The notes under the pieces were generated by a model. That model was not told where the DNA came from. It saw nothing but the letters and a program-made list of their open reading frames with translations, and ran no database searches. Below are positions 37,973 through 50,150 of a DNA stretch of 64,000 nt, one piece after another. The stretch is from Raillietiella orientalis (Eukaryota). Both the position numbers and the translations under genes were made by a program. How positions within the stretch are numbered: the stretch's first letter is position 1; each line of letters starts with the position of its first letter. Where the stretch lies: NCBI GenBank assembly GCA_036172245.1, contig JAYWIR010000023.1, forward strand, positions 2,790,001 to 2,854,000, given 5' to 3'.

Positions 37973-39959
37973 CTCTAAAAAAAAAAGCTGGAAGGAAAAC
38001 AGCGAAGATAGAAGAAAAAGAACCCAAAGATTTTCATCATCCTAGGTCAATAGTAACGATCCTCGCGGGGTGGCTACTGGCTTTTTTCAAAAAAAAAAAA
38101 AAACCGACGTCCAAAACCAGCCCTAGAGCCTATAGCTGCATGGTTTCTGGTTGCAGCGGCATCTTTGCTACTGCGGCAGTGAGAGATGATTTCCTAGGAT
38201 GAAACCAAGGAATTTCATCGATTCTGAGCACCCCACATAGTGTATTTTTCTCGTATTCTGGCGGGTAAACGGGTACAGCATAAAATCCTCAGTAACGTAC
38301 GCTCAGAATAAACAGCGAAAAGGCGTCCGTTCTTGAGTGCTTCCCTGTTTGCAGCCGAAAGTTGCGTGCCGTACTGTACGCCGCTCGGCATGTTATCTTC
38401 CCTTTCACTCACTGCGCACGCCATCACGGATCCAATTTCTGGACACAAACATATAAATGTGCTTGTGTGTAAAAGTGTAAATGTATGTATACACTTCATG
38501 TTTCTGTACTTCATTTTCCTGTACACAGGAGGGAAGAGGAAACTTCGACGGGTGCGTGAATGAGATTTGGCTTCGTTTAACACAGATGAACAGGTGCGAG
38601 GTTGTAACACTGTTTGCGAGATGTGCAGAAATCGGAACCTGGGTCCTGCATTGCAAACTGCGACTGCAGTATGACCTAGTGACCACTGGCTCCCTTTTGC
38701 TAGGCGAAGCCGATAATTCCCATCGGTACCCAGCCATGCCGGGAAGAGATTGGAGGAGCCGGAAGAAACCAAGGTCCTTATCTACGAGCAGGACACCTAA
38801 CGGGACTCCCAGTGTCCTGCCTGGTTCATCGTCTGCTGCTGCCCAGCGGTTCCGCTTTTCGAAAGTTCAAAAGTTATCTGGGTGGGATCTTCTTCCTGCC
38901 CCTGTCTGTCCGTCGAGGGAGGAGGTTGTGTGCGCTTCCGCGGCGAACACCCCAGGGTTGAAGCTGCTGCTGGCTGGGGCCTCGGACGCCGAGCGATCCG
39001 CGACGCCTCCGATGCTGTCGTCGACTCCCACGTCTACCCCCTCCTCCCCCCCGCCTCGCAGTCCCGGTGCCGAAAGCATCCCCCACCGCTTCGTGACGCG
39101 CGCCGGGCATTCCTAAACTCCCCAAAACTCACGGGAATGCGCTCATGAGTCGCGCGCTCCAGACGAAAATCTCAATTTCTCCCTCCTCCCCCGGTTCAGA
39201 GAGACGCATCTCTTCAAAAACAAACATCTCGTCTACACCCTCGTGGCGTTAATGTGGACTCTTCTGCTCTCCGGCTGTCTGTGCGCTCCCGAGCGGGGGG
39301 AATCAATGATCCGCCTCTTCGACCACTTGATGTGCAGAGTCATACGTAGTTCTGCAGATGATGAATGAGGATTCCGGAGCCTGCGGAACCAGCAGCAGGT
39401 CGATTTTTAAAAAACTGTTATTTTCCTGTTGACAAGAACACAAATGGAATATCTTCCCACCTGCTGGGCCTTCTTTTCGGATTGAAACGCCAAGCTCCCG
39501 TTCGGGAACGCTCCTTGGATGCCTGAAGAGTTTTCCAGCCCGGAGTGATTTGCGACTCATTAATCGCATCTCGAGAGATGATGTTTTCTCGGTTCGGATG
39601 AAGAGGGAGCGAGCGAAGAATCCGAGGTATGCTGGGACGCGGAATTCATCTTGCGTCTTCAGACGAGACGGCCCGGATGAGAAATCTCCTCCGGCTTCTC
39701 GAGGCTCGTGCGCTCTCCCCCCCTTTCTTTCTGATCGGGCGGGCGGGCGGGGGGGGTGGGGCAGAGACATCCTGGAGGAGGTCAGCGACGTGGCCTTCCG
39801 GTTGCGGGGCATCGGGAGGTGTGACCCGGCAGGGAACGCGCCTTGCCCTCCAGGAAGCGTGATCGCTCCTCGAGATTTTTTCGGGACGAGTGCACTCGCT
39901 CGACTTCGCTCGAGATGGATGCGAGCACGACGAGAAGAATGAAAAAAATCACGCAGCTG

Positions 39960-40800
39960 GAAGCTGGGCAAAGAATAGCAGTCGGTCAGTCAGAGGGTTT
40001 CCCGGAGATTTTCCCGAAAGAGGCGGAATCCGTTTGCCTTGCGCCGGAGGCAGACTGGGCGCGAGACGCACGCCCCGTTTCGTTGCTTCCCTCCCGTAAA
40101 GCAAGCTACGGGACTCCGATTCGCTACGGCGCGTTCCGGGAAGGCTTAGGGGAATCCCTGGCAGCGAGCCGTGAACTCGACCGGTCCCCACGCTTGCTCC
40201 AGGACCCATGCGTCACCCCGTGTCCTGCGATCCTCTGGCGCATCATCATGGATCCGCAGCATCCGTCCTGTGAATCACGTTGGCTTTATTTCAAGCGAAC
40301 CAGTAGCAGAAAAGGAGAGAGAGAGAGAGGGGGGGGGGGGGAGAGGACCTTAGACTGCAGGCGCGCTCCACTCGTAGAAATGCGAAGCGGACTTGGAGGA
40401 AAGGAAGATGAGGATACGAGAGGGAGTGAAGAGTGGACCAACTTTTCAGCCAGGCGGAGTCACCGCCGTTCGGACGTCTGGGAAATGCACTGCCTGGGAT
40501 ATCGCCACCGGAAGCAGCGGTGATGACCAAGCCGGCGCAGGCCCAGTTGAGGAGTCCCGACGAGATCATCCCGATTATCCAGCTTTTCCATTTGGGGGGG
40601 GGGGGGGGCTTGTTTTTTTTCCAAACCTCCTTCCTTGGATACTCTTTCCCATCGATGGGAAACCGGCTGGTACGGTGGCGCCGGTATGCGCACCCGGGAA
40701 GCGTGGCCGCCCCTCGCGCCTGCCGGTATTCTCCGCTGCCGGAAGAGGTCGAGCGGCAAGAAACGACAGAGAAATGGGGGGGCGAGGATGGTTTTCTTCG
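39960..40800 (+). mobile_element. Decayed LINE RT (Jockey/R1/I-group-like)
   Basis: Collinear: GFPEIFPKEA...ARPVSLLPSRK (RPISLL), PDEIIPIIQLF and HPGSVAAP (PQGSVLxP). Confidence 0.5.
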
Positions 40801-41469
40801 TGGAGGCAGCATCCCGTCCGTGGGATCACTCGCGCTCTTGAGGTCAGCTCGCTATCCAGCGTTGCAGAGGAAAGAGGTCGGCGAAATCCCCCCCCCGATG
40901 CTGGAGCAGTCGGAAGAGGAGGAGGAGGAGGAGGAAAAACACCATCGTGCAGACTTCCGACCCTGAGCTTTCCAGAAGTCCACGTTCTCCTCCCACCTCC
41001 TCCTCCTCCTTCTCCCCCCCTCCTTCAACAAGACACGTCCATCCAATCAAAACAAACGGTGGGAACGAGTCATTTCCTTCACCAATAAAATCCTCCCGTC
41101 TCGGTAGCTTCTTGGAGTCCCATGCTGAGGCGGGATGCTGCATTTTGCGCCGCCGTCCTTCCTCTCGCTTTTCTCGGCGGGTTCCCCGTCGAAGGAGGGC
41201 GCGCCAGCTTTTCCCGCAACTGCCTGAGTCTTCCCGGAGAGCACAGGCACGGAGGCGGCGTTCCGTCTCCCCCTCCGCACGCACGCAGAACTACACTTGC
41301 GCGGTGCGCGGGGGGCTCTCGAACTTGCTCCGGCTGCGCGCGCAAAATCTCGCATTGTCGGTTCTCTGCGCGGGCTAATCCTCGGGATCACCTTGCCCCG
41401 GTGCGGCGAATCACGACTCTCTTAGAGCGGGATTAGCCCTGAGGGCTCGCTCCCACAAAGGAATTAGCA

Positions 41470-41760
41470 TCCGGTCACAATGGACCTAACGAGGTAGCGG
41501 CAGCCGCCGCCGGACCCTCGCCGAATTACCGAGCGGATGGCACGGGAGGCAGAGTTGAAAGCGTCCGCGAGGAGATCGCGTCCCTTCCAAACAGGATCTG
41601 CGCATACGTGATCTGGGGAAGGAATGGGAGGCTCGCGCGATCCCTCCGCTCCGAACCAGGGCAGCGAAAGAGCTCGCCCAAACGTCTTTTGCATTCAGAG
41701 AGATGACATCCTGCATCCGCCGATGCTGGCCGGAGATACGGTTGCGTCGGGAGGAGGGGG
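41470..41760 (-). mobile_element. Decayed LINE RT N-terminal fragment
   Basis: PSPDHVCADPVWKGRDLLADAFNSASR resembles GPDxI....K.....L..LFNxSL. Confidence 0.3.
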
Positions 41761-42329
41761 GAGGCGATGAGACGATTTCGGATCTGCAGAAATTCAAGCA
41801 CGCGGAAACTGGATGCAGGTTGGATCCCGTGCTCTCTCGCTCTCTCTTCTCTTGGGAGAGGATTCTCCGCTCGCGCCACTTCCCGATTCCATGGGCGCGG
41901 TTCCTTCAACTCGCGCCGTCTCCGCCGCTCGCCTGGCTGGTGGGCCGAGGCGGCGACCACCCGCCAGGAAGCAAGGGGAACGGGGGGGAAGTCGCCTCGC
42001 CTCGCGCGCGCGCCCTTGCTGCAACTGCGATTTTCGAAAGCATCCCGGAAGGCAGCGCCTCCACCACCTCTGTCTGGGGTCCATTCGCCAGGAAACCCAT
42101 TCCATCGCAGTCCGTTCGGAATATGCTCTGAGCACTCAGCTGTTTTCTTTTGTTTCCTTTTATTGGGGAGTGGGGGGGGGGGGGATGGAAGAGGGGGGAT
42201 CTGAGGGTTGGGCTGGAAAGTCGGCTGAGGGTGCCGTTTGCGTTTTGCAAATTCAGCCTTGAACAGATGCCTGGGTGGAAGACCTAGGTCCGGGACGCAG
42301 GAGGAACTACTGTCCTCTTCTTTCACGTT

Positions 42330-42790
42330 GCTGGAACGTGAAAGAAGCAGGCCAAAGGCCTTTGGTCTCTTCTTTCACGTTCCGACTTTCTCCGAAGAGA
42401 GCAGCTCTTCTTGAACTCTGGAGAGCTAACCCCCGAGGGATCGAAGAGCTCTATGAAACGCGATGGAACGGTTCCATGTTCACCTTGAAGGGAACCGGTT
42501 CCTCGGATCCTGGAAGGACGCCGAAGGGTCAGCTTCCAATCCCAGCAGGCCAACGAGGTCATCCGGTTTCCCGAATCCGCCGTTGCAGCACCCGAAGCCT
42601 ATTAGGCCAGCCAGCGTCGTCCTGCGGGGGAGGAGGACTGGAAACCCCACGACGCACCCAACTTCTCGGTGGTCGATCCTTTATCAAGTGGGGATTCGAA
42701 CCCGCAATGCTTGGCACCGCGCGCGGAGACCGCAGTCATGTGGCCGCCAATGCGGATCTCTCCTCCACAGCAGGTTCGACGCAGAGCCAC
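42330..42790 (-). mobile_element. Long tRNA-derived SINE family A, copy lacking the 3' part
   Basis: Minus-strand B-box GGGTTCGAATCCC (~42691-42703). 42465-42580 matches 4965-5095 (CCGAAGGGTCA(A/G)CTTCCAATCCC). Confidence 0.65.
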
Positions 42791-43560
42791 CTCTTTTGAG
42801 AAGCAAACAAGAGGAACGGGGAGCTGCAACCATAGTGGGTTGTCCGGCGCGCCCACTTGCCAAGCAGCAAAAGGTCTTTCAGACAAGACTGAGCGGGGTC
42901 CGGGAAGCCTGGAATTCCCCCCTTCCTTTTCCTCCTTCCCTACTGGGACCCGACGCAGTTTCGGCATGATCCCAGGCACCCTGGAAAAACGTCCGAGCCC
43001 CAGAAGGAAGTTTTCGGTTCTCCTCTCAGATGGAATCCACAGGGCCAGAAGTGAATCAGGGAGGCGAACGCCCGGTTATCGATCGCCTCCGTTCGAGTGG
43101 AAACTCTTGAGAACCGATGCAGCTAATTGTCCCTCGGGAGTTCCTGTTGTGGTCTCCTGGAAAGGCCATTTCTCCAAGGTGGACTTTTGGGGGACAGAGC
43201 GTGACTGCGGACAAATAGCGCTCTGGAGCGTGGCTCGATTCGTCGGTTCCCGCCTAGCAGTGGCTGATAGAAGTAATGGGTGGCGAACCCGGACTCTGGA
43301 TCCTGGATCCCTTTTCACGAACGGCGTCAAATCTGCCCCATCGTACGAGAAGCTAACAAAAATCTGCCACATCTTCCGGACCGAGGTTCTTTCGATAGAA
43401 GAGGAAGAGGAAGAAGAAGAAGAGGGAATTCCACAAGGACTCAGGAATGAAAGTGCAGGAAGCGTTTTTTGGAAATTACCTAAAAGGCGAGCCTGTTTTC
43501 TCAGGCGTGGTGTGCGGATGGCTCTCAGAAGGCGCTTCATGGCGGAGCATGCCGCACTTT
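42790..43560 (-). mobile_element. Decayed I/R1/Jockey-group LINE linker and RT N-terminus
   Basis: TSVRKMWQIF (linker), NRAFASL..TSFWGSD (N.PF...APGPD-like) and GKWARRTTHY (GK...SYRP-like). It abuts the SINE A copy. Confidence 0.35.
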
Positions 43561-44689
43561 TTGGCTCCTGCGATCTTCCGAACGAGGAGACCCATAGGAT
43601 TTTTTTCCCTACCTTGCTAGGCGGCGGAATTGAGATTTCAAGCTGGAGTCTGTAACTAATTGTATTGCGCTTGTTGAGCGAGGAGACGAAACAAGCCCTC
43701 GTTGGTGTCCTTGTTTCGGCGATGGTTAAGCAATGGCATTTGTGTAAAGCCTATAATCGAGGAGGAGAAATTGCGGATCTGGGAAACAGGGACGGGAAAA
43801 CGTAATGAACTCCAGGCAAGAGCTATTAAGACGAAACCACACAACAAACACGGCCAGTGCTTATTTTCCTCCTTGTCAAAACTGTCAGATCTTCTGACAG
43901 ATGATCTCCATGCGTCATTTTCCAAATATAGGTTATTCTCCTTTTCCCCTTCATTACCGAATTCCTCAAACTCCGAAGAAATCTGTCCACTTTCTCGGGA
44001 GAATGGCTTCGATGCAAATAAGTGAATCTGTTTGGCTGCAAGGAGAAAAAAAGAAAAAAGAAAAAACGCCTTCGAAACCGGCAGTCCGTCGAAACTACGA
44101 AGCAGGCAGACGGACAGCAAGGTCTGAAAATACAGAAAGCTCGAAACAGGCTGGGAAGACGAATTCGGGATGCTCAGATGCGGACGCAGGTCCGGTTGCT
44201 GCGTTTCCCGAACACCGAATTGCTAAACCGGGATATGTTTAGCTCCAGCATCAAGTCATCTTCCGTTGAGAATCAACTGCCGAGCATTCCTTTACATGAA
44301 TCGAAACGCCGTTCCTCATTTCTCCTTTCATGTTCGTCGCTGGCGATGATGACATATTCAAAGAGGTGATCCCTGTGTCACAGACTGTCACGCACTCCTT
44401 CCACTGAGTCACACTCACGAAAAATCAAGGCAGTTTGTCACTTCAGGCTCGTTTCTGAAAGAAGGATGAAGACAATTCAAAAATGAAATTCAGCCCTTCC
44501 TGTAGAAATCTGTTCCTGGTAATGAAGGCAAAAACGAAAAAAGCACACAAAAAAGAAAACACCATCTTCATTTCTTCAGCAAAAAAGGCTATTATTATTT
44601 TAGATCCGCTTATTCAGAGGTGAGGTAGATCTGCAATCTAATAATGAGTAATACCTGTGGTCCGTTCTTGCTAAACCCATGCTTGTCCT

Positions 44690-44950
44690 TATAATGGGCC
44701 ACACAAGAGAACATGGTAATTTGGTTTTCTGTCGCAACCACATATTAATACTTTTGTATCATGGACATCCATTTTTGCGTCTGGGACGCAGGATGCAAGC
44801 CAACGATTTCCGTGGAACGTTTCCCCTGTTTTGCAGATGAGGAGGAGTGCGGGCTTGATTTTGATCCGAACCCACAGGGATACCTGGTCTTGGATGAGAA
44901 TCAAAAACCAGGGCTCTCTTACAATCACTTCTGAATCAAGTTCTTTCTTT
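44690..44950 (-). mobile_element. Decayed APE endonuclease fragment of a CR1-like LINE
   Basis: VSLWVRIKIKPALLLIC...KVLICGCDRKP resembles the LWVxI...GDFNxP pattern. Confidence 0.35.
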
Positions 44951-45899
44951 CTTTTTGAAACGCACACACCAAATATGTGAAAAAGGATCCCCGCTGAGCT
45001 TAAGCCTACTTTTGTTGGCTTTCTACTGCCATTAAGATTTCCCAAACAAAAATGCACGTAAACATCCCATTCCAGGAGTTCAAAATGAAAAAAAAAAAAA
45101 AAAAAAAAACGGTAACTGTTAGTTGTAGTAGTCGTTTGCAGACATCGCACGGTCAACTGAGAACAGTGTGTTTCTAACCCTTCTTTCCTGCTGGAGTCAT
45201 CCACATGCGTTATTCGGGCGCTCGGTGAAAGAAGGAATTGATAGCAAGCTCTGCAAGAGGAAACATTGAAAGTCCCGATTGTTCCCTTGCCTCATCGGAT
45301 TGTTCTTCTCGTATAGTTGTTTCCATGCAGTTTCCATAGCACATTTTCATCATCTCGATCGGTCTCCTTTCTCGCAGGAAACAGAATAGAATGCCACGTT
45401 CATAGCTGTCCAAAGGGTCAGAGCAGACTAAAAAACTGTCTCAGAGTTTTGCACTACGTGTTTTTCCTCTGTTCATTTCGGAGTGGGACAATTTTGATGA
45501 AAAGATGTCGTTCCTATCCTTAAGAGAGTGGTATTTGTGGATCCATGCCTCTGCTCTAGTGTGGTCAGTGTTTTCCCCCATAAATCACACGATCGCTTTT
45601 GGGTTTTGTTACCATATTGCACCCCGGAGTACTTGAGGGAGAGAGGAATCAAAAGTAACCGAATGATATCGTGGAGCACAAGGTCAGAGATAATCAGGAT
45701 TCGATCAAAGTAACTAGACTAGTGAATTCTGGTTGCAGCAAGCAAAATTAAAAAAAAAAAAAAAAAAAATGGCAAACTGCATAAAAAATGTGTTGAAACC
45801 TCCACGTGAGGGCATTTCACAAACAAACAGACAAAAGAGGAACAGGGAGAGATGATCAGACAAAACGCCCAACATCTGGAGTTCTTTCAAGAGCGCAAT

Positions 45900-46376
45900 T
45901 TCAAATGTGGACAATGCACATGTTGCACGGAGCTCTTAAGGATAAGCTGCAAATGCATCATCTTCGGATCAAGGATCTCGTTCTCATAAACGTAGACTGA
46001 CACAGGATGGCAACCGATTGAAATCTGCCATTTTTCGAAAGAGTTACCGAGGCTGATCCACATCCAGATTCAGTTCCAAAGTGCTTAAGACAGCTGAGAT
46101 TCTGGGCAGAAGAATTTATTGGAAGCGTATTAGGAACAGCATCGTATTAACATGTTAACTCGATGTGTCATTATTAATCATTTTTATCATGGTGGGGCTA
46201 CAAGCGCCGAACGAGTGAGGATGCCCAAAACTCTTGGTGATTCTTTGGAATGTTTCCTCGCTGAGGATACAAATCTGCACTGCCAAGGGTTCAGACACCT
46301 GAAAAAATTGGGAAATTTCGGAAAGACAGGTCTGCGGTCAGAAACGGACTTGGTAGTCTTTTTCGACACTAAATGA
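45900..46376 (+). mobile_element. Decayed CR1-like RT fragment
   Basis: LECFLAEDTNLHCQGFRH...ETDLVVFFD resembles QHGFR...D.I.LDFxKAFD. Confidence 0.45.
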
Positions 46377-47754
46377 GACGCACAGACAAAACGAACTGTA
46401 AAATCTCATGATTTAAAAATAGTTTTTACCTTCTTCAGCAGACTGTAAATCGGTGAAAACGGCGCAGTTGTGATTCGCCTTTGAGACGAGAAGCAATTTG
46501 TGATTGAATTGAACCTGAATTTGGGTCAAAAAAACACGGCTGATGCTCACAGCGCGTAAGCACAGAGGGATGTTGAGAACATGTTTTTTTTTTTTTTTTT
46601 CCTGAAAGAAAATCATGATTGCAACTGGAAACATGTCATTTGACTGTTCTTCAACTGCATGTTTTTGCAGTACTTTTCCGTGTCCTGTTGAGAGCTGTAG
46701 AAAAAAAAAAAAAAAAGGAAAAAAGAATTTCCTAGACTAATTACCTTACTCCTTGGTAATGGTAGTTCGTATGAGAAGCCATCTTCATTTACGAGACCCT
46801 GTCGTCGACCACAACCACTTTGCAAATTTGACGGGTCCTCTCGTTTTCCTAGACCACAACTGTGTTGAGGGGCTCCAGACTTTATCGAGATAGGAATCAG
46901 TGGAAATTTTCCTGGGGAAAGAGGTGATCTCATGGTGTGTCGGTTCTTACAGTGCGGGCCTTTGGAATTCCACGCAACTGTCTCATTTCATCCTTTGAGG
47001 ACGCCAGTGTTTCGATTCCAGAATTTGCTTGCAAATGCAATTTCTGAACGCAGGAAGGGTCGTTTCCTTTTCTAAACACAAACGTCCGAAGCAAGTGGCG
47101 TTTATAATAACACGGTGAAGCACCAGAAAGAACAACAGCCAATTTACCGGTTGGGAGTATTCGGTAAATTAGTTGTTCGAAGAGCTGATGTGAGCTTGAG
47201 GGGCACGAAGGGGAAGGCAGAAGTCAAGCGCTCGAGCTGACTTCGCTACTGTTGGAATTAGGACAACAGAAAATACCAAGGAATGAGATGTTTGATCCTT
47301 GTCTCGAGGCGAAATTTACTGCCTCGGTAACTTGAGCAGGAAGAGCAAACAGCTAAAATGTCAGTCAGTGGGAAAAGAGCTCGAAAAATAATAGCTGGGA
47401 AAATCATTTCGCTCCAGAGTCTTTTCTTGGGAAAAATCCAGCTGGGCAGTTGCTTGCACGGGCTACAATTTCTTGGGATAATCGTGTGTTGACAACCGAA
47501 TCTTCCTGATGGAAATAAATTGATCGGTTGCGAAAGAATCGGAAAATCTGATTATCGCTGGGTAGGGTGGTCTGTCTCGTTGAACTGGAACCAACTGAAG
47601 ATCATTGGCATTGTGTAGGGGAAAAAAAAAAAAAAATGAAAGTTGCAGTTTTCTCCATGAAAACGAGTGAAGGTTGGATGGATCGCACCATTCCAGCGGC
47701 CGAAATCGTTCTGCCGCTCCTCGGGGTCTAGCACACCAGCTAATCTCCAGAATT

Positions 47755-47774
47755 GTGTGTGTGTGTGTGTGTGT
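47755..47774. repeat. (GT)n microsatellite
   Basis: Read directly from the sequence. Confidence 0.95.
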
Positions 47775-48789
47775 TTTTACGCAATCGCTTGACCGTAAAA
47801 CCAGAGATGCTAGTGGTACATGAATCCAAAACTACAACCAGTTCTTATCGGTTGTACTCATTATGAACCGGCTATGGACAATAATAAATATTATGGACCG
47901 ATAATCAAAAAACAAATGGGAAAGGCGATATCTGCGTCTCTGCAGACTCCTGACCATTGCTGATCATCGGCGGTTAATGGCTCTTTCCGTATGCACCTCG
48001 AAGTGGCTGCACAGAATTTCGGCAGGCATCCGCAGTGCAGCGCAGGGCACCCCAAAACAGATACCAAGGAACATCATCATGCTCCTTTCTCTCAAAACAA
48101 GGGAGCGAGGAGCACGATGATGTTTACATCATATTCAAGATTCGTTTCGAGGTGCATCAGAATTTGGTGTTTTCCAAAGACAATTCGCATACGCGCGCGC
48201 GCGTGTGTGCGTGCGTGCGCGCGCGCTCGTGCTCTGTTATCCGATCACGAGGAATATATTACGACGAGAGTTCAATACAGCTGCACACTAAATGGAAATC
48301 AAATAAAAGAGCAGACCCACCATGTGATGCGCATCCATTCGCGAACTGGAACCGCGCGACGGAAAATAGGAAATGCGAGCGGCGACGCTGCACCGCCAGC
48401 TCCCACTTCCCTGAAAGTCTCTAAAGAGAGAATCCATAAGAAAAATTAAGAAATGGATCGAGCTGCTTTAAAGGGTGTAGAATTTTCCAGAATGAATGAG
48501 GCAAGGACGAGAGGATCGTTCAGGCAGCGGCTAACACGGAAGTGCGATTCCCGAGGGCAGAATGTCTCGAGAAGGAATGTGTTTTTGAAGGTGTAGACTC
48601 TAGTGTCCGACCAGGGGCGCGATAACGTCTATGTCAGATTCTAAGATGCTGGAAAAGGTGAGTCGAAAGCTCCTCTAGCTTTTTCAGACAGGGGGTCCAC
48701 TGTGACCCATTCATAACGTCAGATCTACCTCTGACATTGTGAGTCTTTGCTTGATAGTGGAAAAAAATAAATAAACAAATAGAAGTCTC

Positions 48790-50150
48790 ATGGAAAAAGA
48801 TTCATCTCAGAGCGAATGAGTGAATTCACCTCAGCATGCTTCTCCAGGCATAGAATGGAAACGGATGAGGTCAGGATCAGGATTTCGCCATCGGATACTT
48901 CAAGCCGCCTTTGGAGATGGGAGCCACTGTTGGAGGAAAGATCGAATGCAAGATGGACTCCTTGTTGCTTCGGCTTTTTAGAGATACCCATTTTTTTTTT
49001 TTTTTTTTCTCTCATCGCTCTTTCCTAGAGCTTCCGCTTTTGTTCTGCTCACAGAAGCTTCCACGTGCCCTTCTTTTGTTATGATAATGTTTGATCGAGA
49101 CCGCCATTCGGCAGACATGGAGTCCGTTAAGTAATCAGCAAGTCTCTTGCGATTTCAATCGCGGGCTGCGCATCCTTTCTCCCGGGCAAGGATGGATAGA
49201 GTTTGCTTCGATACTCGGAGGCTGTTTTTAGTGGGTTCATCCCACCGTCGATGCTTCCATCAATTGGGCTGGCTGATGAGGTTGGAGCTAACCTGGACTG
49301 CGCTTTCATTGCTATTGTTCCCCGCATGCGTAAGAGAGGAAAGCAAAAAAAAAAAAAGAAGAAAAAAAATGCAACAGCCGTTTCCTGTGACACACGTGCA
49401 GCTAAGCATTCGCGGACGGCCTCATTGTGTCCTTCGCCAAAACACTCCTTGACCCATTGCTCTCCTTGAAGGAACGAAGTAACTTGCCTATTATTCGCCT
49501 AGGGAGCAGAAGGTTGAACCTACAGCTTCTCAGTACAATCCGTGGGATAGATTTTGAAATTGTCCTGGAGAATTTTAAGCAGCCAGTTCTCCATTCTCGT
49601 GGTTTGTGGATTGAAACCGTTCGTGGGGTCATCGTTGAAGTTGTTGGCTGCTAGCCAGAATCGAGTGCCCTCTTTGCCCGCTCATATCCTCGCTTCCGTT
49701 GAGCAGCGAGGCTGCTGATGAGAAAACGATACTCTTTTGCAGACATTTTCTTTGACGTTATCCAATTTTGTCCCTGCACGAGGTCTATCGTGTCTGTTGA
49801 GCATCTTGCGCTCCGGAATCGAATGTTTGTTCGGACCATTTACGACCTTTCTGAAGTGACCTGAAACAGCGTTATTTGCCTTCGTAGAAATCATAAGTAC
49901 AAAGGAAACAGTTTCTTTTCTTTCAAACGCATCAGTAGATGATCTGGCTAATTACGTGGAACCTGTTTGTTTGGTAGAAGGTTTCGTGATTGCAGAAGGA
50001 AGCTGCCTCTGGCGCCCTCCTCACAAGGTGTTACCGGGAAGAGCATGGACTGTATCTGTGAGGTTGATTCATGAGCAGATGGAATTCATCAGCTTATTCT
50101 TCCAACTTAGACCTTCTGCATTCCATCGGACGATGAGCAAGACTCCTTCC
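48790..50150 (-). mobile_element. Decayed, internally deleted CR1/Jockey-like LINE
   Basis: Collinear: LIVRWNAEGL..K (endonuclease start), EYRFLIS, LKFSRTISKSIP...LLRSF, MNPLKT and GVHLAFDLS...NSLIRSE. Confidence 0.45.

Noticed and set aside
42690..42790. Candidate tRNA genes at the B-box sites (6357, 37143, 42691, and a weak one near 1105)
   Set aside because: No convincing cloverleaf could be built. The three clear sites are better explained as SINE heads.
15600..43700. Long ORFs in the track (e.g. 21455..22549, 29066..30073, 29293..30387, 42669..43655)
   Set aside because: They are low-complexity R/G/P/S/E-rich translations of GC-rich purine tracts, overlap on both strands and show no recognisable domain.
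47820..47963. Short ORF containing LIGCTHY, like the glutamate racemase motif
   Set aside because: The motif is isolated in a ~47-aa ORF whose context does not fit the family; probably chance.
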